From: Azolla caroliniana
Taxonomy: Eukaryota > Plantae > Polypodiophyta
Assembly (NCBI GenBank): GCA_043228905.1
Contig: JBHGNT010000608.1
Span: 1 to 19,402, forward strand
Direction: 5' to 3'
DNA: 19,402 nucleotides
In this document: piece after piece, positions 1 to 9,937 of the stretch
Layout of the letters: every line of letters begins with the position of its first letter
Position numbering within the stretch: position 1 is the first letter of the stretch
The notes under the pieces: generated by a model
What the model was told of the DNA's origin: nothing
The model's database searches: none
The model's input: the letters and a program-made list of their open reading frames with translations, nothing else
Translations under genes and position numbers: made by a program

Positions 1-152
1 ACCTATGTAGTAGAAGGTCATGGGATCGAGTCCTACTATATAATGTCATGAACTAAGCTAACTCTTTTACATGAACTCGATACCCCTTTTAAACATGAAC
101 TCGATACGACTTTTTTACATGAACTCGATAATGTTGAAAAGCTAACTTTTTT

Positions 153-185
153 ACATGAACTCGATACGGCGTATCGAGTTCATGT
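153..185. repeat. Perfect 33-bp palindrome ACATGAACTCGATACG-G-CGTATCGAGTTCATGT
   Basis: Exact 16-bp arms with a 1-nt spacer. Near-copies at 419-451 and 470-502, half-sites at ~69, ~93, ~117 and ~394, and decayed copies out to ~1150. Confidence 0.9.
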
Positions 186-295
186 TTAAAGTTTTATTTC
201 AGATTTTTTTATTTAAATAATTATATGGTGTTTTGTTTTTTTTCTAAAATAAAATTAAGCTTTAATAAGTGATAAAAATAATAATTTATGTATTA

Positions 296-366
296 TAGTG
301 CATGGTCTAATGGTCAAGAGCTCCACCCATGTAGCAAAAGGTCATGGGTTCGAATCCTACCATATC
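296..366 (+). pseudogene. tRNA-derived (SINE-head-like) sequence with Pol III A and B boxes
   Basis: A-box-like TGGTCTAATGG at 303-313 and consensus B box GGTTCGAATCC at 347-357, at tRNA-like spacing. No convincing acceptor or anticodon stem. More decayed copies at 1-40 and 631-700. Confidence 0.6.
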
Positions 367-2316
367 ATGACATATAAAAAAGTTACCTTTTTTACAAGAA
401 CTCGATACTAACTTTTTTACATGAACCCGATACGGCGTATCGAGTTCATGTTGAAAAGCTAACTTTTTTACATGAACCTGACACGGTGTATCGAGTTCAT
501 GTTTAAAGTTTTATTTCGGATTTTTTTTTTTAAATAATTACATTTTTTCCTATTTTATTATGGTGTTTTGTTTTTTTTCTAAAAAAAAATTGAGCTTTAA
601 GAAGTGATAAAAATAATATTTTATGTATTACAATGTATGGTTTAATTGTCAAGAGCTTGACCCATGTAACATAAGGTCATGGGTTCGAGTCCTACCATAT
701 CATGACATGAAAAGTTTAATTTTAGATTTTTTTTTTAAAATAATTACATTTTTTTCTATTTTATTTTGGTACTTTGTTTTTTTTTCTAAAACAAAATTGA
801 GCTTGAATAAGTGATGAAAAAACCAAAGCTTTTATCACAAGTCGATACAATGTATCAAATTGATGTTTAAAAAATAAAACAAAATCAATAAAAAACTATA
901 AAAAATTGAAAAAAATTGAAACAAAATTGAAAACAATTAGAAAAATTTACTTTAAGCATGAACTCAATACATTATATCGAATTGTGATGAAAATTATGGT
1001 TTTCTAGATGAACTCAAGCACAATTTTTTTTTTTTATTATTTTTTAAATCTAGTAAAAAAAACTTTGAGCAATAATTCAATACATTGTATGGAATTATGA
1101 TGAAAACTCTATTTTTTACATCAACTCGATATAACATATCGACTTAATGTTTAAAATCTTGTTGTTTTTCAGATAAAAGAGGTTTTTTAAACACGAACTT
1201 GAATCGTACTAAAATCTTTGTTTTTACAAGAGAAAAAGATGCATATCGATAGTGCAAACAAGTATGTTGTACAATAAGATACTTTATGGTAAACATGTGC
1301 ATCATTGATTAACAAAAAACTATTAATAATTGTGTTGATGGTAATTGAACCTTGCAAATGCCATTTACACGGTCCATAAAGTGTTCGTGTGGTTCTCAAT
1401 CACTACTTAATGTTGATCTTTATAGTTGGAACGAATGATGACAACACAAGCATAACTCAAGTGACAAGGAAACTTGCAAGAAGTCAAGGTGAGTATATTA
1501 ATAGCTACACATGTAGATGGCCATGACCTAGGGTACCAATTCTGCATTGGTAAAGTTTTGGACGTGATGATGCATAAAACCTTTGTAATACATCTATCAT
1601 TGACATTAATGAGGTGGATATCATTATGTATGACTTTACACAAATAAAAGTTGGATGTATAAGGACAACAACGATATGCATAATAAAAGAGATATTAGCA
1701 AGTCTAGAAGATATCTCAGATTGAAGACGAAGAAGATTTATTGCACAAAATTTGGAGATACCATTTGGTGAAGACAATGATTTGATTGGTACATTAGAAG
1801 ATGAGGAGGAAGAGTCACAATTGTATATTATCTATAGTAGTGATTATCATGAAAAGAATGATGATAGTCATGCAAATAACTCCCAAATGTATTTGTTGTG
1901 CAACTATATGTAACAAATTTAGACAACATTTTATCGAATGGAATAAAAACGTTCATTGTTTTGAAATATTCTACTTTGATTTCTTTAAGATCTAAAAACT
2001 TATTAGTTGTCATTTTTCTTTAAAAATCCACAAAGTTACTTTTTATATTTTACCCAAATTTGGCATTTTTCAATTTTACCAAATGGTGAAATTTTCAACT
2101 TTTTCATCAAGTTTTGGAGAACATGTGATACTAGTATCAAGATGTTTTGTGAAATGGCAAAAAAAACCCCAAAATCAAACAGAATATTCCTTATCCTTCC
2201 ACTTGTGCGCGATCCTTCCACTTGTGAACGCAAACGTGTTTCTTACCTTTTATGTGAAACTTTAAACTCTTTAACATTGCAATTATGTTATAAGCCATCC
2301 CCTTATATCTTCATAT

Positions 2317-2575
2317 TGTGAAATGCTCAAGATGTGAAATGCTCTCAAGAATAGCCTCCTTTTCATTATGTCTCAAGTTACATTTTATAGACTCTCTCTT
2401 AGCGTGGAGGGTGTTCTCCCGCTCCAATTAGCTCTACTAATTATGGGGCTTGGTGGGGGCCTAGTTTGGGTGTGGTGCATGAGGCTTGGTAGGGGCCTAA
2501 TTTGGGTGTGGTCTATGTGTGGTGCATGGGGCTTGGTAGGGGCCTAATCTAGGTGTGGTCCATGTGACCACCACA
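2317..2575 (-). repeat. 3' LTR (259 bp)
   Basis: Direct repeat of 7461-7719 with one mismatch (C2434 vs T7578). Minus-strand TATAAAA within 2381-2390. Confidence 0.97.
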
Positions 2576-2585
2576 ATTCCCCCTT
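2576..2585 (-). promoter_or_regulatory. Polypurine tract
   Basis: Minus-strand AAGGGGGAAT abuts the 3' LTR and is preceded by a T-run. Confidence 0.85.
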
Positions 2586-2597
2586 GTAAAAAAAAAG

Positions 2598-5500
2598 TTA
2601 TTGTGCAGTCGAAGCGCGACGAGGCATGGACGACGGTTCCAGACGGGGGGATGACACGGGCGTGGGCGTAGGCATGAGTGTGGGCGGGGGCGGTGGTAGT
2701 TGATGGAAGGGCTTCATGCGAGACTGGTGAGCAAAGGTAGAGCGGTTGTTGGAGGCGCGGCGGAGCAGGTATGTAGTGTCGCGTATCTGCTTTTGAACTT
2801 CAAAGGGACTGATCCATCGGTGCATGAGCGATTCGCTGAGACCGCGACGACGGATGGGGAAGTAGACGAGGACTTTGTCACCGACGTGGTATTGATGGTC
2901 GACACGGCCTATATCGTGTTGTCGTTTTTGGCGTAGTTGTGCCTGGTGCAGGTTGCTCATGATGGCTTTGCGGAGGAGGGGCTGGAGTTGTTGTAGGTGG
3001 GACCACCAAGACACTGCGTCAGCGTGGAGTCGTGTGGTTGGTTGCGGGACTGCCACTTCTGGGGGGTAAGCGCGGGTCCCTTCCGTAAAGGGCCCGAAAT
3101 GGGCTAATGCGGGTAGAGGCTTGCACAGTTGTGTTGTAGGCATGCGTAACGAAGGGCAAGATTCGGTCCCAGGTTGAGTGCAGCGGATCGATGTAGGCTG
3201 AGATTTGTTGTTTTAAGGTTCGATTGAGGCGCTCCGTCAACCCATTCGTTTGCGGATGGTAGGGTGACGTGAATAATTGTTGGATTCCTAGTTGTGTTGA
3301 AACGAGGCGTAGGAGCTCACCGTTGAACTGGGGTCCTCGATCGGACAAGATTTGGAGTGGGCAACCGTGGGGGAAGATGATTTTCTCCAATAGTTTGGAG
3401 GCGATGGTCATAGCCTTTGCATCTGGGATAGCGGCCGTCTCAGCCCAACGCGTCAAGTACTCGGTGATGACGAGGATGAATTTGTTCCCTCCTTGTGACT
3501 CGGGAAAGGGGCCCATAATGTCCCATCCGACGATTTCAAATGGAGCTTGAACTTGTATCGGATGTAAGAGGCCTTGAGCCACTTGAGGTGATTTGATGGC
3601 CTGACATAAGTTGCATGCTTTGATGTAGGAGGCGACCTCGTGGCGTAGCCCAGGCCAATAGAATTTGCGACGAATTTTGTCGAGCACCTTATGAAAACCC
3701 AAGTGGCCGGACAACGGGTGATCGTGGAAGAAACGAAGGTAAGACTGGCGTAGTTGCTCAGGCACGTAGACTCGGGGTTCTTTGCCTACTTGACAAAAAA
3801 GTAGGACATTATCCTGGATCATGAATTGCTTGGTGAGGGATGATGTCGGTTCAGCTCGTAGGCGGTGGCAGATATCTTGGATTTGTTTGTCGTGTTGTTG
3901 CATGTTGGCCATTTGGGACGAGGATATGGGGAAATCGATTGTGTTGGAGGTGATCTGGTTCGCCTGAAAGGATATGCGGGATAATCCATCGGCGACGATG
4001 TTTTGTGGACCATGGCGATAGCGCAGAGTGAATGTGTAATCCTGTAGCGCCAAAACCCAACGAAATAAGCGGCCGGGTGGATGAGCCTTCTTTATGAGGG
4101 AGAGCAATGGCTGATGGTCGGTTTCGACTGATGTATTTGATCCGTGAAGGTATGGGTGGAAATGATGGAATGCCCAGACGATGGCGAGGAACTCTTTTTC
4201 AGTTGTCGAGTAATTTTGTTCGGCTTTGGTAAGTGACCGACTGATGTAGGCAATCGGGCGGAGTTGGTCGTTGTCGTCGGATTGGAGCAGGACCGCACCA
4301 AGGCCGACATTGGAGGCATCTGTCTGCAGATGGAAAAGCTTCGTGAAATCAGGGTGGGCCAGGAGGTCAGAGGCTTGGAGTGTTCTCTTGAGCTGCAGGA
4401 AGTTGGATTCGCAGGCTTCGGTCCACAGGAAGGGTGCGTCTTTTTGTAGGAGCGCGCGTAGTGGGGCTGACAGGTCGGCTAGCCGTGGGATGAAACGAAG
4501 AGAGAACGTGAGGAGGCCGAGGAAGCGTTGAAGCTGCTTGACTGTGGTGGGGCGTGGGAATTTTTGGATTGCTTCTGTCTTCTCCAGGTCCATTTGTATT
4601 CCGTCGGAGGAGATGACGTACCCAAGGAAGCGGAGGCACGTACTACCCCATCGGCACTTCTTCCATTGCAGCTGCAATCGATAGCGTTGAACACAAGTTA
4701 GGACCTCCCGAAGGACTTGAAGGTGTTCTGCCCAAGTGCTTGTATGTACCAGAATATTGTCTAGATAGACGATGACGACACGGCGGGTGATGAGATCATC
4801 GAAGATGGCATTAGCCATTCGCTGGAATGTGCTCCCCGCATCAGATAGGCCAAAGGGCATCCGTGTGAACTGAAAAATGCCTTTCCTAGTGCGGAATGCA
4901 ATTTTGTGGGCATCGTGAGGATTCATCGGGATCTACCAATATCCCGAGGCTAGATCGAGGGAGGTGAAGTACTTTGATTTGCCAAGCTGGTCGAGGAGGT
5001 CATCGATACGAGGGAGAGGGTATCGGTCATGGGTGGTGACATGGTTCAGTTGTCGGAAGTCGACACAAAAGCGGTAAGAACCATCCCCTTTCTTTACCAT
5101 GTGTGGCTCCGAGATCCACTCGCTCTTGGAAGGTGTGATAATCCCTTGTTGGAGCATAGTTTTGACGGCGTTGTCGATGCGCTCGTGGTCGAGAGGCGAG
5201 CGACGTCGGGGAGCTGCGTTGATGGGGCGGGCGTTGCCTGTAGGAATCGTGTGGTGAATCGGAAAACGGACCGAGGGAGGTTTTATAGGTGGTGTAGACA
5301 ACGAGGGAAAGGTGGCGAGGAGCCGTCTGATGTCGTTGATGCGCTCCGCTGGTGATATCAGGTACTGTGTGTTGCTGATGTGGGTGGTATCCCGCGGAGT
5401 AGTGAAGAGCGTGATCGGAATGTGATTTGGGAGGATGAGCTGTTGTGCGGAGAAATCGAGACAGGCTCGACTAAGGAGGAACCAATCACATCCCAAGGTG

Positions 5501-5883
5501 ATTGGGAACAACTGGCGCGGGAGGACGTAGAAACGATGGTGGATCTAGGCGGAACTAATGGTGAGCATGCACCTGACTTGCGTATGTGAGTGGTACACCC
5601 GTTGTTGGTCGCCGAAGAGGATTTTAATGGGCGGTGCGTGGCTCGTGGGAAGTTGTAATTGGGTGACTAAATCTGCGCTGATGGAAGAGATGCTGCTGCC
5701 GGAGTCGAGGAGAACTTCTTGGGTCGTGTGCTGGAGGCGGGCGATTGTGGTACAAACGGGCGAAGTTGATGAAGTGGAGGCGTGGACGTGTGGGGGCAGC
5801 TCGATCGTGGGAGAAACGGGAGAAGTTGAGGACGTGGAGACGTGGACGTGCGGGGGCGGCTCTCCCTGCGGCACCCCGCACAT
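2598..5883 (-). pseudogene. pol: Gypsy pol polyprotein (protease, RT, RNase H, integrase with GPY/F), disrupted
   Basis: Protease VLLDSGS; RT RFCVDFRQLN, LDLASGYW, RMPFGL and YLDN (normally YLDD); RNase H TDAS, TDH and ADGLSR; integrase H-H-C-C, GWDI/SDRG/TERL (DDE) and a GPY/F module. In-frame TAG at 5545-5547 and 4933-4935, and a +1 frameshift near the G6 run at 3061-3066. Span is 3286 nt = 1095 codons + 1. Confidence 0.95.
5742..5860 (-). repeat. In-frame 60-bp tandem duplication upstream of the protease
   Basis: Encodes PPPHVHVSTSSTSPVSPTIE / LPPHVHASTSSTSPVCTTIA. Confidence 0.85.
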
Positions 5884-7400
5884 TAGTTTTCCGGGAGCTC
5901 AGAGAGGGAGGCAGCGTCAGCCAATTGGACGTTCTGCTTCTGTTGGTGATTCTGCCACTTTCGGTAGTGACGCCGAATGTGGCCATAGTTGTTGCAGTAG
6001 AAACATTTGGGGCGTCCCTAGCTGTCTCGTTCGGGCAATGCACGCTTGGCACGTAATTGCGCGTTCTGGATGTCGATGTCCATGGGAGTGACGGCTGGTA
6101 TAGTGTTTGTATGATCATGACTGAGATTACCTGGTGTGTGCATGTCGTGCGCGTCTGCAGCTTCGATGCGTTGGGCAGTGAGGATGGCTTCGTGTAGTGT
6201 CGGCGGGCCTTGATCGCGTACACGGCGGCGGAGGTCATGTCGTATACGCGGCCAGAAAAAAAACAACTTCATGTCCTCCGACATGTTGGCATCAGCCCGG
6301 CGTAGGATCTGCACAAAACGAACCGCGAACTGGGTGATGGGTTCGCGTGGTTGTTGGGTAATTGACTCAAGTTGTTGTAGGGCCGTCTGGCGGGAGTCTT
6401 GATAAGCAAAATTCCGAATCATGGCTGCCCGTAACAGATCCCAATCGTTGCGTGTCTCTTCGGGTTGTTGTACAAGCCATGTTGTCGCGATATTCTCGAG
6501 GAGTGTCTTCATCTCCATTGCCTTCCGAGGGTGTGGCCACTGGTGGTAACCATAGTTCTAGCCATACGTCCCATTCGTATCATACTCAAACGCCAATATT
6601 CGTATCATACTCATACGTGAAAAGGCTCCAAGTATGATTGAAATCCATACGCGGTACATAGATATATTATATATACATATGGTGTATATGGTGTACATAG
6701 TGTGTGTGAGGGGGAGAGAGAGAGAGAGAGAGAGCGTGTGTGGTCTAGAGAGAGAAGCCCTGTTTTGCATGTGTGAGGAGATAGTGATTGAGTGTATATC
6801 TAGACTCTAGAGAGAGAGAGAGAGAGAGAGGAGCTATGGGTTTTGTCTGTGTGAGGGAGTATGTAATATGTATATTAGATATCTAGATTTTGTAGAGAGA
6901 GAAAATCTGTCAGTTCTCGTGTGAGAGAGAGAGAGTGTGTGTGTGTATGTGTGTCTCTATTCACAAAATATTATGAATATCAAAAAAAAAAAAACCAAAA
7001 AAAAGTCAAAAAAAAAAAAGCCAAACGAATATCGCGTATCATACGCGTACGTTTGCAAACGTTCGCGTACGTCCAATAAATTGGACGTACGCGAATATTA
7101 GGAACTATGGTGGTAACTGGCCACCATTTCGAAATGATCCAGCCAAGAGAGGACGTCTTCCGATGGTAGGCCGGAGAACGGTTTTGGGCGAACTCGAGAG
7201 TCCGGGAGATTTTGTTGTGGCTCGGATCGTGCTGAAAGAAAGGACAACATGGCTTGGTTAGTATGGTTAACTTGTAAAATGATGTTGGACAGAGCTTGAA
7301 CCAGTTGGTCGATTGGCGATGTGGGCTGGTGTCCTTGATTGTGTTGTAGGAATTCCGGATTCATCGAGTTTGCGTTGTCGTCGTTGTTGTCGTGTTGCAT
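5883..7400 (-). pseudogene. gag: Gypsy gag (~316 aa reconstructed), interrupted by a MITE
   Basis: Removing 6551-7109 plus one TSD copy joins PFSGLPSEDVLSWLDHFEMVASYH to QWPHPRKAMEMKTLLEN in frame (951 nt). Retrotrans_gag-like QQPREPITQF. TAG at 6018-6020, then the zinc knuckle CFYCNNYGHIRRHY and TAA at 5883-5885. Confidence 0.9.
6551..7109. mobile_element. Non-autonomous hAT-type DNA transposon (MITE, 559 bp) nested in gag
   Basis: Termini CATAGTTC...GAACTATG; exact 8-bp TSD GTGGTAAC at 6543-6550 and 7110-7117; subterminal CGTATCATAC/CGCGTACG motifs; AT-rich, (GA)n-rich non-coding interior. Confidence 0.92.
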
Positions 7401-7440
7401 CGTGGTGGGCGTTGTTGGGGTCGTGAGTTGGGGTGGCTTG

Positions 7441-7457
7441 GCCCGTCTTCTCCACCA
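7441..7457 (-). promoter_or_regulatory. Primer binding site, probably tRNA-Ala
   Basis: Minus-strand TGGTGGAGAAGACGGGC, 3 nt after the 5' LTR. The first 9 nt are complementary to the ...TCTCCACCA 3' end that I recall for eukaryotic tRNA-Ala. Confidence 0.7.
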
Positions 7458-7460
7458 AGA

Positions 7461-7719
7461 TGTGAAATGCTCAAGATGTGAAATGCTCTCAAGAATAGCC
7501 TCCTTTTCATTATGTCTCAAGTTACATTTTATAGACTCTCTCTTAGCGTGGAGGGTGTTCTCCCGCTCCAATTAGCTTTACTAATTATGGGGCTTGGTGG
7601 GGGCCTAGTTTGGGTGTGGTGCATGAGGCTTGGTAGGGGCCTAATTTGGGTGTGGTCTATGTGTGGTGCATGGGGCTTGGTAGGGGCCTAATCTAGGTGT
7701 GGTCCATGTGACCACCACA
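7461..7719 (-). repeat. 5' LTR (259 bp)
   Basis: Direct repeat of 2317-2575, adjacent to the PBS. Confidence 0.97.
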
Positions 7720-9937
7720 ATATATGTAATTTGCTTAAAGTTTTGGAACACTCGAAAAAAATGCACACATGTGCAACACTTAGCATGGTCTCTTCCTTTG
7801 GAGTGATCCAATCATAATAGTTGGCTAAGAAAATATCTACAATTAGAGCCCCCTTCATTCTTGTCTAGTTGTGCATCATTTTGGTCGTCGAGTTTCCCTC
7901 TTTCTATCGTGCTCTTCGTGGCATTGTAGTTTTCATGATTTCTTTCCATACTTCTTATAGTTCTTGTTCATAGCTTTCAAGTATTTTGTTTGTATGATTC
8001 ATCTCAATAACCTTATTGAGTATTATGCCACCACCTATACCCATGTCTCACCACGTTCTCCCAAACTCTTCATCAAATATGACTCTATCTACCACCTAAT
8101 TCACAAAATGTTGTTATTGTCACCTCATTAATAAATATGGTCACAACTAATCCACAAGATTCTCACATCCCCAACAAAGCCGATGTAAAACTATGAGCCA
8201 TAATGGGCTAGATGGATATATTAGATATATATATTCACATATTTATTCATTTTTCTCCGTAAATTCTTTATAATTTTTTAAAAGTAGAGACATTAATCAC
8301 AAAAGGCAAAAATTTGAACACCAGCTTCAAAGACGGGGAGAGGAGATGGTGTCATATTTTTTATATTCCAAAATCTATTGGTGAAACCTTGGGTATCAAA
8401 GTCACACATTATTCTAAAATGTTAACTATTCATCCGATATTCTTTTACCACTTCTATATGCGTGAATATGGGTTCACTTGATCATTTTATTAGATCACGA
8501 TCTTTGGGTGTTGTAGGTTAATGATTTAGACTCCACCCTAGCAAGTTGTGTCAATTGCTAAACATCGAGTGTGTATGGAAGAAAAGCACCTCTTGATGTA
8601 ACTAGGAGGAAGCTAAGGTAGAGTTTATCATTGGCCAAAATTGTTAAATATGTAGAGACCTTGAAAACCGTTAACTATATAAGAACTACAATATATTTTT
8701 GTTTTAGTTGAAAATGATGGTCGTAGACTTAGTATTACATAAAACAAATTTTTCAAAAATCATGTTTTCTACATTTCATAAATGTTATTGAATATCTTTC
8801 GCTTTCATATATGAAGCACTTCAAGTATGGATATTTTCTTAAAACTTGCATGATTATAGGTACACTTTCAAATTATAAGTTGGGATGTATAATAACTCAA
8901 AAGAAAAAATGCGACTACTCACACATGAGATTTACAACTCTATAGATATATTGGCATCATCTTAAGGCAATGCCATTTAATTCAACCCTTGAGGTTATTA
9001 AAAATAAAGATGAAACCATGTTATTTAGGATCAAATTGTTATTGCACACTATTAAAACTTAAAATAGTGACATAAATTTAGTTTGTAGCTAACATGGATC
9101 AAGTTGTTCCAACACACAAGGTGCCACATGCCTAACATAATTGGAACACTACGTTACAATATCCAAAGATTTTGGAGGGTACAAACCAACTTAATACATG
9201 TAGCCAATGCAATGAATAAAATCTTTGAACATTAGTGTCCAAATAGATGAATTACCTTACACATCCAAGGAAAAGGATTTTACTGTGTCATCCAAAATAA
9301 CTAATGGATATCTGAGTGACTTTTGTCATTGGAATTAAAAATGGTAGAACACTAAAGAATAAAGTGATGTTTGCAATGCTACTACAACAAAACCATAGTT
9401 GGGACGGTTGAGGAGAAGACTACCGAACATGCAATGTGAAACATATGGATAAGTCAAGATGCATTTTGCACTTTTTGTAACCACCCAAACATACATTGAT
9501 TTTAACTAGATTTTGACATGAATCTTGGAATTTGATGCATTTGCTTGGATCTAGAATTTTGACCGCAATATTTTGTAATTGACATTTGAAACGTGGTAGG
9601 CCCAACTTGGAAGGTTTGAATACTAGTTTTCAACAATGTGATAATAAAAACGATTTGCTTACAACACAATTTGGTACATCAATAACTTAACTTGGACGTA
9701 ACGTTTATTTTTGTCAAGTGGTTAGGATATGTGTTTCATAGTGCATCATACTGCTGGAGTTTGGAAAGAATAATACAAAGTAAATCTCAACCTTTTTAGC
9801 ATGTATGGGGTGGAATAGCCCACGGAGTAAAAAGTCATTAGTGAAACAAAATTATTATGCTGAAAAGAAGCTTCTTCCAGGATATATATATAGACACATA
9901 CTTTTGAATTAGATAAAAATTGTATAACAAACTTGGA

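Larger units (their letters stand above)
1..815. repeat. Degenerate tandem array, ~324-335-bp unit, each with a tRNA-like head and an AT-rich body; first unit cut by the window edge
   Basis: The anchor GGTCATGGG(A/T)TCGA(G/A)TCCTAC recurs at 16, 340 and 675. The AT-rich body (TTTTCTAAAA...TT(A/G)AGCTT.AA.AAGTGAT.AAAA) recurs at ~240-280, ~575-615 and ~782-820. Confidence 0.85.
2317..7719 (-). mobile_element. Full-length Ty3/Gypsy LTR retrotransposon (non-chromovirus), inactivated
   Basis: Two 259-bp TG...CA LTRs, ATAT duplication at 2313-2316 and 7720-7723, PBS, PPT, and domain order gag-PR-RT-RNaseH-INT(GPY/F). Confidence 0.97.

Noticed and set aside
296-366. Functional tRNA gene
   Set aside because: A/B boxes are present but I cannot pair an acceptor or anticodon stem, and the copies are diverged inside a repeat.
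60-510. CRISPR-like array of palindromic repeats
   Set aside because: Spacers are irregular and themselves repeated, there are no cas genes, and the context is eukaryotic with spliceosomal introns.
4933-6020. TAG readthrough or U-to-C editing of the three in-frame stops
   Set aside because: They co-occur with catalytic missense changes, a frameshift and a MITE insertion; U-to-C editing is organellar. Mutational decay is simpler.
2700-6637. Plus-strand and alternate-frame ORFs within the retrotransposon
   Set aside because: Shadow ORFs of GC-rich gag/pol with no recognisable domains.
7401-7571. N-terminal extension of the 157-aa ORF into the LTR
   Set aside because: It starts upstream of the LTR TATA and crosses the PBS; gag more plausibly starts at 7400.
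7449-7600. Tf1-like self-priming through an 8-nt LTR/PBS complement (CCACCAAG)
   Set aside because: The match is short and lies in U3 upstream of the TATA; the PBS begins with TGG as expected for tRNA priming.
2221-7830. Decayed hAT-type zinc finger across the reconstructed empty site (minus: W...KCCTC...LKFHIKGKKH)
   Set aside because: It needs a frameshift and passes a stop; too weak without an HMM search.
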